This document shows positions 24,901 to 39,900 of a stretch of DNA of 64,000 nucleotides, one piece after another (within the stretch, counting starts at the first letter, position 1; every line of letters starts with the position of its first letter). The DNA lies in assembly GCF_018977255.1 (NCBI RefSeq), contig NW_024704743.1, positions 54,066,001-54,130,000 of the forward strand, read 5' to 3'. Source of the DNA: Callorhinchus milii. Its lineage: Eukaryota. A model generated the notes under the pieces. It was given only the letters and a program-made list of their open reading frames with translations, did no database searches and was not told the origin of the DNA. A program made the translations under genes and the position numbers.

Positions 24901-27900
24901 TTGAAAATGACCAATTTATTATTGTTTTTGTTTTTTGGAGGGATTACTATTAGGCGTGTAGAGTAAGGAAACTTGCCCAAGGTTTCGCCCTGCCTGGAAT
25001 TGAACCCAGGTGTCTATGATTCCACTCAAGTCTATTTCGCCCACAAAATATATAGTCAATTCATCTTACAGAATATTCCATGAAGCGTTCTGAGACATCT
25101 TGAAGACATGATAAGACCCTATATCAAATGCAAGAATTTTTATTATGAAGGACTCTATATAAATGCAAGTTGTTGTTATTGAATGACAAATATAGCCAGT
25201 TAAAATATGTGCTGAAGCTTCAAGGATGCCAATGAGAGGTTTAAAGCAATACTGCAGGTAAAGCAAATAGCTGCAGTGTTATGCCCACAAAATATATAGT
25301 CAATTCACTTTACAGTATATTCTGTGAAGCACTTTGAGATGGCTAGAAGACATGATGAGGCGCTATATCAAATGCAAGGATTATTATTATTAATTACGAC
25401 AACAACAAGAACAACAATATGCATTTATATTGCTTCCTTCATGCAGGATAGTGTCTCGGAGCACTGATGAATCACCAAAGACTGGAAAATTTGGACTTCT
25501 ACATACAAAAACAGAAATTCCCCTAGTACCTAAGTTTACATAAGTACCTTAGTGGTGTGAAGTTATTATGGTCAAAATTAGATTTTGTTTTTTCCAAACG
25601 TCCTTACTTATGGCAAGCTAGTCTTGCCTTAACCTTAACCCTGCAAGCCAACCCTTAATGGTATTGTAGTCATAGCTGGACAAGCATTGGGAAGCTTGCC
25701 AGAAGTCTTCAATGGCAAGGTTTTAGATGGTTAAACTCCAATGCATATTCTGAAATCCCCAAGTCTTGGCTTTTGCCAACCTGTGTCTTATATTCTCCAG
25801 AATAAAGTAAGCAAGGTGTGTTCCCTGCATTCCGTTCCAGATAGAGGGTCATTCCCATTTGAAGGTAGCAAACATACAGCATGGTTTCCACATGTCAGAC
25901 ACCCGACTGATCCCAAAAAATTCCTGGAGTACAATTAACTACACTGAAGGCTTGAGATCAAGGAGTAACTGGAAGCTTCTGATTTAAATACCTTCAAAAA
26001 AAACCTTTAAATAAAGCTCCAAGCCTGTAATTCAGTATCTGAATCCCTTGACAAACTCAAGTTCAGTTGCCAAGTGATTGTAGCTTTTTGTGAATTAACT
26101 TTTTTTTAAAAAAGAGACGCTTTTCAAGCCTGATAGCCATTACATATGGCAGAATAGGCTGAAGGGCTGAATGGCCTACTCCTGTTCCTATGTTCCTAGA
26201 TGTGGCAAAGTATGAAATAATAGTCACTGCACTTTACAGAAAAGTCCTATGATCCCTTTGGAGACGTTTCAACACCAGAATAAGGTGCAACAGAAAATCC
26301 AAGGATGATTAAAAGAAAATAATAATTTGGTCATTCAATCCCCGACTGTTTGTGGGACACTGCTGTGCGCAATTGGCTGCCGTGTTTCACCCACAAAATA
26401 ATTATATACCGTCAATTCACTTTTCAGTATATTCTGTGAAACGCTTTGAGACATCTTGAAGATGTGATAAAGCACTATATCAAATGCAAGGATTATTATT
26501 ATTATAACCAAACCAATTTTCTAATCTTATGATATTGGTGTCACTTAGCAAATAAATCAGGACCACCCACCCTCTCTCCCACCCTCAAGTGAGTTTGGCA
26601 ATTCTAAACCACACAAAATATCGTTTGAGAAACATAATTTAAAATTACTTACAAATAGACTATTCTCCAATCCCATTCTCTCCTCTCCCCCCCCCCGAAA
26701 GAAAATCAAAGGAAATGTGTTGTTTGGGCTATGTGAAGTAATGTTGAAATGCAATTGATCCTAAAGTATTAAAAAGCAGAGTTTATAGTCCATTACCTGA
26801 TAATTATCCATCTCAAGGTGACCAGCTAGTCTCTTTATCTGTGCAGCCATTTTGTAAATGTCACTTAATAACCCTTCAACCAGGTCATAGAACCCATCGG
26901 CGGAGTCTTTATCCAGCGATGGTTTGAATACAATCTCTGGGGCACTGAGGATCATTTGTGCCACAAACAAAGGAGAAGGTTTGAGAACAGCCTCCGTGTT
27001 GTCAAGGAAGAACTCCAGAGAGCATGCGATAGCATTAAAGAAACCATCCAAAATCATGTCATCAATGTACTCCAAATAAGCCTTCCATGACTCAGTGCTG
27101 GTGTCTGCTTTTAAAAGATGGAGGTTCTCCTGTTAATAAAAACAAAGAAAAGTTGATTGAAATGATGACTTTGTAAGTAGGTTCGACAGTGGAAGAAGGA
27201 AGGAGGCACTAAACATCTGTTTAGTTAAAGCAATGTATGCTGCTTTTTGCTTGAAGCAAAATACAGGCTTACCTAGCTGTATCATGCCCCAGTGTAGAGT
27301 AGGACTGCTTTTGCATCATGAATTCACTGTATACCAAAACTGTGGTATACGTTGCTGGTTTTGACTAGAAGGCTTCCTGCGCACTATACAGTAAGTGATA
27401 TCAACAGAAGGACTGACTATGGCCATTTATTAGAGGCCCTCACTGTAACACAGGGTCTAGAAGTTATGGACCTAATATTAGGGTCGCCCTGGATTACAAA
27501 TCACATAAGCTCAGGGTTGTCACCAGAAGACTTAAAGGAAACTATTACACATCATCAGAACATGCTCATCAAAATATGCAATGCATTGTCAGAAGCGGTT
27601 ATAAAGGCTGAGATCGTAAGATTCAAAAGAAAATTGTATAAATACTTGAAAAGAAAGAATATAAAAGGGCATGGAGAAGCAGGAATTGTAATGAGAGTAG
27701 TTAGCTCCACTGAAAGAGTCAGCACTGGTTTAGGTTCAATGGCCTCGTCTAATACAGTAACGTCTATGATGCTACAATGTTTACTGAGGGTGAGTGAATG
27801 AAGTGAAGCAGCATTCAAAGAATACTGCTTCACTCACACCAACATGTTAGCACTTGACCTAATCCAAATGCATTAATTCCAACACAATCAATCATTTCTT

Positions 27901-30900
27901 ACAGAACAGAAACCCACTCAAGTCAGTAGCTGGATCTGGGGCCAAACTGATTTCACATTAATCAGCTAAGTAGAATATGCAGCCTCGATCTAAGATGTGT
28001 GTTTTTTTATTTCTGTTGATGACCATAAAAATACTTTAGTACAATCCTCCATTAAACCTGCTTCTACTGTCCCAAACTACACAATAGAAATGCTAAAAGG
28101 AACCTGTAGATATTCTCTTTAAATGCATCTATTTCTAGCACATGTTTGTCATTGTGTGACAACTATACTATTCCTTCCACCCACTCGTCCCATTCATTGA
28201 ATGTAATCAGACATAAAAATACACAAAATCCTCTCTATAATGTCATTTGCGTCATTAACTGTTAATCCAAATCACAGTAGCATTTAAAGGAACACTATTG
28301 CTCACTATATCAACCTGCTCAATCTAGCTCATGGAGCCAGTGCAAATTATCGAGAATTTGTTTGATCCTCACCTCTCCTTGAAGCCTTTTAATCTGCCAC
28401 CAAACCAAGTTCACTTTGCTCCATCTCTGCAATATTGCCTGCCTCTACCTCTACCTTGCCACAACACAGTGAAACCCCTCATCCATACCTTTGCCATCTA
28501 CAAACTTGACTTCTCCAACACACTGCTCACTGGCCTTCTCAGTTCCACCCTCCACAGACCATCCCAAACTTCTCAGTTTGCATTTCCTCCCACACAGCAC
28601 TAAGTGCAATCTCCTACATTCCTACTCCCCTGTCCACCTCATCCACTCCTTCCATCCAGTCAACTCTGGCCTGCTTCATGTTCCCCATGATGTCCAACTC
28701 ACCATCAGTGCACCAGCTTTTCACTGCTTTGCCCCGCTCTGGAACCTGCTCGCTAAATCAGTCCACCTCACTCCCACTCTGTCATCGTTCAAAACCTATT
28801 TAAATGCCAGGTTCTTTGACTGAGCCTTCAAACACTTATCCTCCTATTTCCCCCCTTTTGGACTTGCACTAACTCTGTAAATGTTATGGGGATATTTACC
28901 CGTGTGAGAGTTGTGATACTAATGCAAGTTGTTGTTGAACCGGGAGCCCTTCCCTGATCATTAATAACATTACCCCCTTTTATGGGTGAGCGCATCAATT
29001 CTCCTTTGGATACTACATTAATCCTATGTGAGAGGCCCTATATAAATGCAAATTGCTGATGTACTGCAGCCCATATCCTCTCCCACACCAGGCTCCACGA
29101 GCCTATTACTGCCATGCTCGCTCAGCTGTACTGACTCCCTATGTTGAATGGATTGAATTCAAGATCCTCATGCTCAGTGTTCACATCCCTCCTTGGCCTT
29201 ACTCCATCTATGACCTTCTGCAACTCCACTGCCCTCCTTTAAGACCTATCTTTTTGACTAAAGTTTCTATCAAATCCCCCCCACAGCTCAGGCTCCTAGT
29301 TAGCTGTGTGAGGCATCCTCCTGCTGTGAAAGGCCTTCTTACTAACCAAACAATTGGAATTCCTCACCTTATCTTTCAGAGGCAGTGATTTATTTTTTAG
29401 AACAGTTAGTTACCATAGCACCATTCTGATAGGATATGCCTAGCAACTTGGGATTCCTGATGTTAAATTGGCAATCATAGGAACAACAACTTGGATTTAT
29501 ATAGCACCCTCCACGCCGGACAGCGTCTCAGAGCACTTTACAGTAATGGAAGAGCTCAGGTAAACAAAAATTTAACTTGCTGAATAAAACAGTAACTTTC
29601 TAATACACAATTTAATTAAGACACAGCTCGGATATAGATCAGCAATATTTTCAAACATTAAAAGGACAGAAAGATCCTTTGACTATAAATGATCCATAAT
29701 TGATGATTCACCAATCTTATTTCAGATTTAAGGCATTTTTAGTTGTTATTGCTCCAGTCGTACCTCAACCAATCTGTGTATCTTCTCACCATCCTCCCGC
29801 AACAGCTTGTATCTCTTGGCTACTCTGTCATCTCGGTCCTCCAAGCTCATCAGGTAATCCTTTCTGTTATCTTTCCTTGTGAACAGAGCACACTCACTCC
29901 AGGTTTTCATGAGGGTCTGGACAGTTTCAATGTTATCCTTTGCCTTTTGAACCCTGCTCTCAAGATCATGCACTGCATCCTTGGATCGCACAATATAGCT
30001 CCAACAGTTTTCATCCTTCCAGGTAATGGCCTCTTCTGCAGCCGTCAGCTGTCCATCGATGCTTTCCAACTCGCTTTGAATCAATGGAAACTCAACTTCC
30101 AGGACCGTCAGTTTCAGCTTGTTGTACCACTGTACCATTAACTCCAGGCTGCCTACATACTAAATCATTTACAGTCAATAAATAAAGACAGATATTTACT
30201 AACAATAATTTTCTGCCCATATGGACACATTGCTAAATATTTAGGAATCACTTGTTAGGCCTCAGCTGAAGTTTTGTGTCCAATTCTGGGCACCAAACTT
30301 TCAGAAGGATATCAGGGCCTTGGAGAGGGTGCAAGGGAGATTTACCAGAATGGGATCAGGGGTGAGGGGCTTTAGTTATGTGGAGAGACTAGAGAAGCTG
30401 GGATTGTTCTCCTTAGAGCAGAGAAAGTGGAGGAGAGATCTAATAACCGTGTTCAAAATTATGAAGGGTTTTGATAGAGTAAATAAGGTGAAATTGTTTG
30501 CTCTAGAAGGTGGATTGGTAATCAGAGGACACAGATTTAAGATAAATGACAAAAGAACCAGAGAGATGGAGATTTTTTTTTACCCAGAGAGTTGTTACAA
30601 TCTGGAATGCACTATCTGAAACAGATTTGACAGTAGCTTTCAAAAGAGAATTGGATAGGTATTTGAAAATGAACATTTTCAGGGCTTTGGGGTAAGAGCA
30701 GGGGAGTGGGACCAGTTGGATAGCTTTTTCAAAGAGCCAGCACAGGCACGATGGGCCGAATAGCCTCCTTCTGTGCTGTAAGATTCTCTGATTCTACGAA
30801 TTATGTTTTAAAACAAGCACCAGAACTGTGCCAACTGTTACCAACTGTGATGGTAATCAGTTACACACAAACCTTAGTCAAAGTCTCTCTTTTTTTGAAG

Positions 30901-33900
30901 ATGGCTAAAGCTGCTTCGGGTATGTTTGCTTGATTCAACACTTGAAGGTACTTCACCTCACGCAGAACAGCAACAAGCTGGAACAAAATAATCAATCATC
31001 AGTACAATACATCACAAGGAGACTCCATGAAACACTCAGCCAAAGGTTTCAGATTTCACAGTGGAATTACATTTATTTTTACTTCAAGCGAGTATGGAAA
31101 ATAGTTATAGAAAAGCCAATAGGGTCAGAGGATCACAGATCACTGGAGCGGGAGCACAAATCTTCATTTTCAAAACTGTTTCAATTCATTATATTCCTTC
31201 CTTTACATCCCACTGCTCACATTCAGCAGAAATGGCACATACACAGTAAAATAGTCCCTCTACATGGAGCACATGTATGAAGAATGATTACTTAGCAAAA
31301 TTACCAGAGGAAAACTAGCAACTATAGAACTGCACACCAGCATCAAAGACCAATCTAGCTACAGACAAACTAGGTAGCGGCCGAGGGCAGCAGACTGCAT
31401 TCTCAGATGGGTAGAGATGTTTGGTGGGGAGGTCAGGGGAGGTGGTGAAATCCCCCCGAGTTTGACTCGGGACTGGGACAGGTTGCCATCAATCAGACTT
31501 CAGGAGGTACCTGGATTAAAGGCGGGCCAATTCTGACAGATTACAACATAGTTTTGTGGACTTCATTTTTCTTCCACAATTGAAATAGTTTTAATTGTAC
31601 CTGAGGGTCAAAATTCACACTCAAAATTCCATTTTTAGCGTTGCGCTTGACAAGTGGCTGGTCCAAGTTGAACTGGCAAATCTTGTGCACTCCACTGGTC
31701 CATGATGAGTATATGCGTTCCTCATACTCATCAAGTAAAGTCAGCATCTCCATGTACTTCTGATACACAAGCGCTGCTTCTGGGCCTTCCAGACTTCTGA
31801 AAAAGTAATTATATAAAACTCAGTCCATTTATGCACCCTGGAGAATGTTATGGTGAAACATTAGAAAGTTGGTCATTTATAGTACAATAATTAAACACTT
31901 TCCATGCCGCAGAGGCAATCACCTGTATGGACACAGTTGCTGACAAATTTACTCATCAATGTTGGTTTGACTGTTCGAGCTTTTTACTTGTCTATAGTTA
32001 GCATGGTCATTATGTACAATGGTGACTGTATTGGCAGGTTGATCATACTGCCGCATTAACAATCAGGATTGTTTTGGAGGGTGGGGGAGAGAGAGAAGTA
32101 TGAAGTCTTGATTGGGCCTGAAACCTCCTGTATTCTTGGAGACAATGTTGTATCAGGAATAACATGATAATGAGGATTTTGATAAGCTATTGCCACCTTA
32201 TTGGCGAGTCAAAAATTAGAGGGTATAAGTATAAGATAGCTAGGGGTAGATTCAACAGAGAGTTTAGGAGAAACGTTTTCATACAGAAAATGTGGAACTC
32301 ACATACCGAAGCTATGGCTGAAGGAAATAGCATCAATAATAATAATAATCGTTGCGTTTGATATAATGCTGAAACGTCATCGAGACCTCTCAAAGCACTT
32401 TACAGAATATACTGTAAAGTGAATTAACTGTATATTTTGGATATTAACTATGGGCAAAATGTGGCAATCAGCAATGTCCCACAAACAGCTATGGGATGAG
32501 TGACCAATTTTATTGGGGATTTGTTGGCCAGGAGACCAGGAGAAACTCCTTTCACTTTTCAAATTGTGCCACGGGATCTTTAACCTGAACAGACAGGCGG
32601 GACCTCAGATTAATGTCACATCCGAAGGACAGCACCTCCGTCAATGCAACACACTCCCAGCACTGCATTTAAGTGTCATCTTAGACTACGTGATTCTAAA
32701 GCCAGATGTGGGGCTTGAACCTACAGCATGTGACTCAAGGATGAGAGTGCTATCACTGAGCCAGGCTGACACACCCAATGTAAATACGAAAATTTGATAA
32801 ATCCATAGGGGAGAAGAGAATAGAGAGATAAAGGAAAGGGAAATAGAAAGGGTGGGGCTCGTGTTGAGTAAAAACACCATCATGGAGTAGTTCGGCTGAA
32901 GCACTTTTTCCATGCTGTATCATTCAATGTAACTCTATTTAACCCTAACGTTTCCCTGAGGTGTGTAATAATCCTTCTTCAATCCAAGAAACTGTACTGA
33001 GATCAAAGTCTCAGGTTATTTGCAACCCAATGGCAGCAAAAGAAAACACAGCCATTCCAGGTTCAAAAAGTTGGGTCATGCTACAGCAACCTTGCCACAT
33101 TCTACCCTAGACACCAGCTAAGAGAGCTCCTTTCCTCAAGAATGACTGTTGCCTTCTGAGTTTGATGTTTTATCAAAGCTGAAAAGGGATTTGAGGAGGC
33201 TTCATTTCCATCAGGCATGGTATTTTATGTGCAAACATAATGTCTCTATGTATTTTTTATCCTATTGTAGTCAAATTACTTTCAGAGGATATTAAAGACT
33301 GGCATCTGCCCGCTTGCACATGATGCTGCTTTATATGAACTGATCCAAAGTTTAACTTATGCTGGATGATCACATAAAGTATCTTATAAAATTTGCAAAG
33401 TTACCACTGTTTTATGATGTAATTCAAAAAAGCATTGTACTTACAGTTGATGGATAAACTTGAAATTTGACCAGGGAGTCTGAATCCTTTCCTTTAGTTC
33501 TTTGGCCCATTTTAAATGTCCTGATGTTTCAGGCATATTCTTGTTTAACATTCCAGCACTCTTCTCCTTCTGTACAGTATGTACACAGAACAGAAGCACA
33601 AACTGATAGTACCATACCACACTGAATTTCCCACAGTGCTTTTGAGGGAACTCAATCACATTCATTTAAAGCTCATGATGTATCTTTTAGTCACTAAAAT
33701 TTAGTGTATACTGAGTTAGGAAAGGCTTAGCAGGGTTAGCTGCTAAGTTAGGAAAGGCTGCTTTTGCAGTACAGCCCTATTATAATGCCTTCATTCTCAC
33801 ATGAGATCACTTATATCGAGAGTGCCCTGTTCATCCACTACAGGCTTCCCACAAGCTAATAAATGGTGGTCATTCATTTCATCAGGTCATTGCTGGAGCC

Positions 33901-36900
33901 ACTTCCAGCATACTGCATAATGGGCAGGAATTATTGTCAACAGTGGAGGTCTAGTGACCTGGAAGTCAGTCTTTTAGCTGGAAAGCTAGCCATCCCTCTC
34001 TAGCTATCCCTCTCTCGCCGTCCCTCTCTAGCTGTCCCTCTCTAGCTATCACTTTCCATCTGTCCCTCTTTAGCTGTCCCTCTTTAGCTGTCCCTTTCTA
34101 GCTGTCCCTTTCTAGCTGTCACTCCCTAGCTGTCACTCCCTAGCTGTCCCTCTTTAGCTGTCCCTTTCTAGCTGTCACTTTCTAGCTGTCACTCTTTAGC
34201 TGTCCCTTTCTAGCTGTTACTCCCTAGCTGTCACTCCCTAGCTGTCCCTCTTTAGCTGTCCCTTTCTAGCTGTCCCTTTCTAGCTGTCCCTTTCTAGCTG
34301 TCACTCTCTAGCTGTCACTCTCTAGCTGTCACTCTCTAGCTGTCCCTCTCTAGCTGTCCCTCTCTAGCTGTCCCTCTCTAGCTGTCACTCTCTAGCTGTC
34401 ACTCTCTAGCTGTCACTCTCTAGCTGTCCCTCTCTAGCTGTCCCTCTCTAGCTGTCACTCTCTAGCTGTCACTCTCTAGCTGTCACTCCCTAGCTGTCCC
34501 TCCCTAGCTGTCCCTCTCTAGCTGTCCCTCTCTAGCTGTCACTCTCTAGCTGTCACTCCATAGCGGTCCCTCTCTAGCTGTCCCTCTTTAGCTGTCACTC
34601 TCTAGCTGTCACTCTCTAGCTGTCACTCACTAGCTGTCACTCTCTAGCCATCCCTCTCCATATAGGTGCAGCAACATCGCCAGTCACGTGATTGGTCTTA
34701 CAACGTTGAGGCACTGAGCCCGTGGTGAGGCTAGCTGGGATTTTACTTCTCTTCCCCCGACCCTCAACTACCGTGTTCCACAGGCTCTACTTCATCATTG
34801 TTTTGTGGTGCTGGTATTGCCTGTGAGATCTAATACAGGGTGAAGGCAAAGAGTAACTGTAGGGTGTGGGATACAGCTAGAGAATACATGCAACCAGGAT
34901 TTGAGGAGCTAGTACCAGTCTCCTGTGTGGCAGTTTCTACGACTTGTATTTATCAGTGTGAAGGATTTTGGCAGATCACAGCAAAACTACGTGTAAGGTT
35001 TCCCACTGGACGGGCAATTCAGCCACACTCTGTTTCACGTGGGCATCTATTTTTAGTAGAGAACCAATGAAGCAAAACTATTGAGTAGAGAACTCTCAGC
35101 AGAGGTTATCAAGTCTGATCATTTGCTTTTAAAAGAAATAAAAAGGCAACTTTTTAAAGGGAGGTAAAAAGGCTTTCTTACACAAACCTGTTCCACGTGC
35201 CTGTCGTATAAAAATTTGCATCTGTCCAGTTCTTGCCCAAACATCTTTAGAATTGTAAAGTAATTGGGACTAAAAATGTCCACGATGGCAGGTCTCTCCA
35301 GAAACACGCCAGAAACTGCAAGGAGCTTGAACAGAAAGCAAATCAAACCAAATCAGTTTTTAACAAAGCAATAAAAACAAGTTACAAGTTGGGATGATAT
35401 CTCAAAGTGCTTTGCAGGATTTACTGTAAAATACCGAGCATCCTATTTACCATTTCAACATTTAATTTGTGTCAAATATAAAAGAATTCCATACCTTAAA
35501 AGCAGTCTCCAAACCAGAGCAGTCTTTGAATGCTGCCGACAGTATTGTCCCAACACGCCTCTCAAAATCCATGATCTTCTGCTTAAAATCACTATAATCC
35601 TTTTCAAAATCCTTTAAGACAGAATGTGTAACAATACAGCAAAATCTACTTAGAAGAATAGTCTACAAAAATACGCCAAAGTGTGCTGATACAACAACAA
35701 CAAGATTACACTTGTATAGCGCCTTTCATGTCAGGAGGTTGTCCCAAGGCGCTGATAAGGAGAGAAACGCAAATATTCTGAGTCAAAACTCTGAGTATCC
35801 ACCGGTGGCAAAGGTTTAGCACTCGTGCCTATTATTTAACATGGTCCTGCTCGTAATATTACTTTGATGTACTAATGTATAATTTTTAAGCAGAAACCAA
35901 ACAATATACAATTAGCAGAGCTATTTAGTGGTAGGATACATTTTCCATATGTTATACTCATATTCAGACAAGCTGACAGAACATCAGTGGACTGGGGTCT
36001 CATTTTGAGGCTGAGCTTTTATGAATGCTACTTGAGTTTAGTCTATCTAGTATTCCATTAATATTATAATTGCTGTGAAATTGATGCTAAACATGCAATA
36101 AAAATTCTTAAAGGTATTGCTTCTGCTTTACGCTCCATCCCCAAAACCACTTCCAGGCTATCCTGCAGCAGATTCCAGTGAGCATTAAACCTCTTTTTAG
36201 AAAGAGTCTAAACGTTCCCGGCAGCCTAATGGGCACCATTATCATTTTCTCAGTTATTTAACAGCTGTTTTTAGGTCTTAAGTAACATTTTATTTGAAAA
36301 ACATGCACCAGAGTTCAACTACTAGCATTGACAAAGCTGTCACCAGCATAAGTGATTCAGAAGTGGTGAAGTTGTAACAGGAACAGGAGAAGGTTGAGCC
36401 AGTTGATTAAATCGTGGCAGATCTTTTAATCCTATTTCCCCACCTTTTGCTCATACTCTAAATACCTTTACTTCCCAAACATCTAGCTTCCTGTTAAATA
36501 TCCCAATTCAGTCTGTGTTTACGGTCTTCTAAGGCAATGCATTGCACAGGTTTCCTGCTTTGAATCATTGCAATTTTGTTGTATTGTTTGCAGCACAATA
36601 AAACAGATACAAACGTCCCTAACAGAGACAATGACCATTAAAATCAAATAAAATGTGCTTATCAGTTAGGCTAAGCTTTTTCAATCTCATACAGTTACCA
36701 TTGTAAACAGTGGGAAGAAGTCTAAGTAATACACTTATGTACTCAATTTTTCAGCACATACTTAAAATAACAGTTCCACAAGACTATGGTATATTCATAG
36801 GGTCAACAAATGCATGGATAGCTTAAGAAGTGACATTATAAATCAAACCAAGCTAATGAATCCATTAATTGTACAAAAGAAGCTGTAATTTACTAGGTGA

Positions 36901-39900
36901 AGAAAACAGAGGCAGGCCAAAACACATAAATATTACAAGGAATCCTTATTATACCTTCAACCATAGAGGAATGGTATGCTAATGGCAACGTGACCTGGGT
37001 CAATTACTCCTGTTAGACAACAGCAATTTGTTTAGATGTGTGACGTGTTGCGATGATCACACAATAAGAACATAAGAATTGCTAGACAAAAGAAAACAAT
37101 CTAGTTGGATTTTAAACGTCCAATTCTGAATTATGTTTGCCCGAATGGATCCAATTTATAAAAATGCCTGCAATGAATTCAACAAAACCTCAAACTAAGG
37201 GATTAGAGCTGCAATGCTCGTGAACCCTTGTGATGCAGAACGGCTGATCTGAAATACCTGTATCAGTCATGCACTGCTTGAGGTGACTTTCAAAATTCAT
37301 ACAATGTGACAGTTTTTACTACTTTAAAGGTAACAACGGTTCACGTCAATGGCATTGTACAAGATGTCAAAACTAACCCCAAAGAAAAATAAAATAATTT
37401 GACGCATTATTACTGTACGGATGACAAGATCAAGAGGTAGAAACTCTCACTGTGGTACAGAAAGAGGCATGCTGTAATGCACAGAATACTTCATTTAGTG
37501 AGACTTTTCTGTAATATTTAAGTATATGTCAACATGATTGCAACTTCAAGAGGGAATATGATAGCTACTTGACAAAGAAATCAAGGAGAGTCAGAGTAAA
37601 AGTAGAGATTTATTTTACTGGCTGAAATCCTTATGAAATTCTTCAGGTCTTTTTCCAGCTTTAAAAATTTCAGCAGTCACAATAATAACATTAACTGAAC
37701 CCCATTAAAGGGTAAGCTTGGGATCACGTGGTTATTTTATACTTTCTGTCATTTTACACTGTTTTAAGTGTACTAATGTACGGCTAAGTGTTTGAGGAAG
37801 CATGCTATAGGCTGCTGTAGAATAGCTCAAAGGGAAACATTCCTTTAACTTAAAACAATCGTTTCAGCTCATTCTCTTTTTAGCCAAAATCGATGTGTCT
37901 AGGTCAAAAGTCAGTTCTGTGTGCAGATGTTCATCTCTTTATCAGATCTTCCTCTACACAAAATATTGTGTTCAAAGAGTCATTTGCACTGGTGCACCCC
38001 TTCATGTAGAGTAACTGCTCCCTCCCTCCCCTCAATCAAAGTCCATCTCATGCATCACTTTGACCACACTTTTGGTTATCTTTCCCCCTTCTGCTCCTAT
38101 CTTCAGCTCGAGTGGCCAGCCAGCAGTGTCAAGTATTTTGAGACATCCTCTCGATGTGAAAGGAGATGTATAAATGTAAATTGTATTGTACTGTAACATT
38201 TCAGAGAATTTTATTGAGACAGTGCTGGACAAATAACACCATCAAAGAGGCAGTTTTTTAGGCAACTTAACAATAAATAATAACAATCCTGGTATTTGAT
38301 ATACTGCCTCATCATGTCGTTGAGATGTCTCAAAGCATTTCACTTATGAAGACAGAGAGTATGTGAGTCAAAGGGGTGAGGGAAGGAGTTCTGAGTGTGG
38401 GAACACCGTGGCTGGAGGCTTGGCCACTAGAGGCAGGTAGGGCATAGCCTGAGTTGAAGGGAAAAGCAGCTGTGGCTTCTACCATTCATCAGCACCTGTT
38501 AGAAAAAAAGAAACCTCAACTACAAAGAATTGCTACAGTTAACTGTTGTTTTTGACTGTTATTCACACAGGTTGTGGTAAGCCTACCGTTAGTTCCTTCG
38601 TTAAAATGTTTGTGGTCACTTCTTGTGGCATGTTTAAATCGATATCTAATTACGTAACAATAGAATCAATCATAGAATTATACAGCACAGAAGGAGGCCA
38701 TTCGGCCCATTGTGTCCTTGCCGGTAATAATCTTTGCATTTGATAAAGTGCCTTGTCATGTCTTCGAGACGTCTCAAAGCGCTTCACAGAATATACTGTA
38801 AAGTAAATTGACTGCATATAACAGGCCCCAGCTGAATAAGCAGCAGGAAAGCTTGCCAAACAATGCTTTTGATGACAAGCTTTGCTTTTTTAGCTGATTA
38901 AACTCCAGCAGTACTCCAACACACACTCTGGGGTTCCCAGGCCTCTTGGTCTTGCCATCTGTGCCTAATCCTCTCTGGAAAAAGGTAAGCAGGATACGTT
39001 TCTCCAGGGAAAAAGCACACATTCCATTTAGTTACTGGAAATTCCATATGTAGGTGGGATGCATAGAAATCGGTTTGGATACTCTTAAGCTGGATTGGTT
39101 TCCCCATGTATGAGATATCCGGCTGACCAAAAAAACAGGACATAACACGAGGGGTGAGCGTGAATTCAGAAAGGAACAGTGCAAGCTGATAAAATGCTGG
39201 TACCTGGGCAGGATTGATAATTCTGAGCTCTAACCATGGGAAGCTCACCCTCTTGCACAGTTGTTAGGTACCGTGGTCTTGTTCATCTATCTAACGACCT
39301 GTCAGGGTTACCACTCACATGCCAGAGTATAATTGAAAATGCTGTTTTACACTTGCTGGATGATGCTAGAGAAGTTGTGCACCTCTCTCAGGATATCCAA
39401 GTCCAACTGAACCAGTCCAAACAAAAGTGCATTAACTCTCAACGAGTTTCGACCTACCAGTCTAGTGAATAAGGGTGAGATGGTAGATGTCATTTGCCCT
39501 TGATTCACAAACCATTTGACACCATTTCACAAAATAAACTAAGATCGAGGGTCATGGAAACAATGGCAGTGTGGTAAATAGGATTAGCGAATAGCTAGTT
39601 GGCAGAAAGCAATGAGTAGTGATGTATGGGGAGGGATTTGGCTCGGGGCAAACTATGTGTGGTGGGTCAGAAGCTCAGTATTCAAATCGTTACTTTTCAT
39701 CATTTTTATAAATGATTCATAGGCTGGGATCATGCTGGAGGTGGGCAATTTTGCAGACATCAATAACATCAATTGCAGTCAATTGGGACGTCCTCCTGAC
39801 GTGAAAGGCGCTTTATAAATGGAATCTTGTTGTTGTTGTTGTAAGCAGTAAATGGTGAAATTCAATGTGTATAAATTCACAAAGATCTGGAGAAAGTGGG

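Noticed and set aside
33986..34658. CRISPR array or immunoglobulin switch region
   Set aside because: Head-to-tail units with no unique spacers, eukaryotic intron, no cas or Ig genes nearby.
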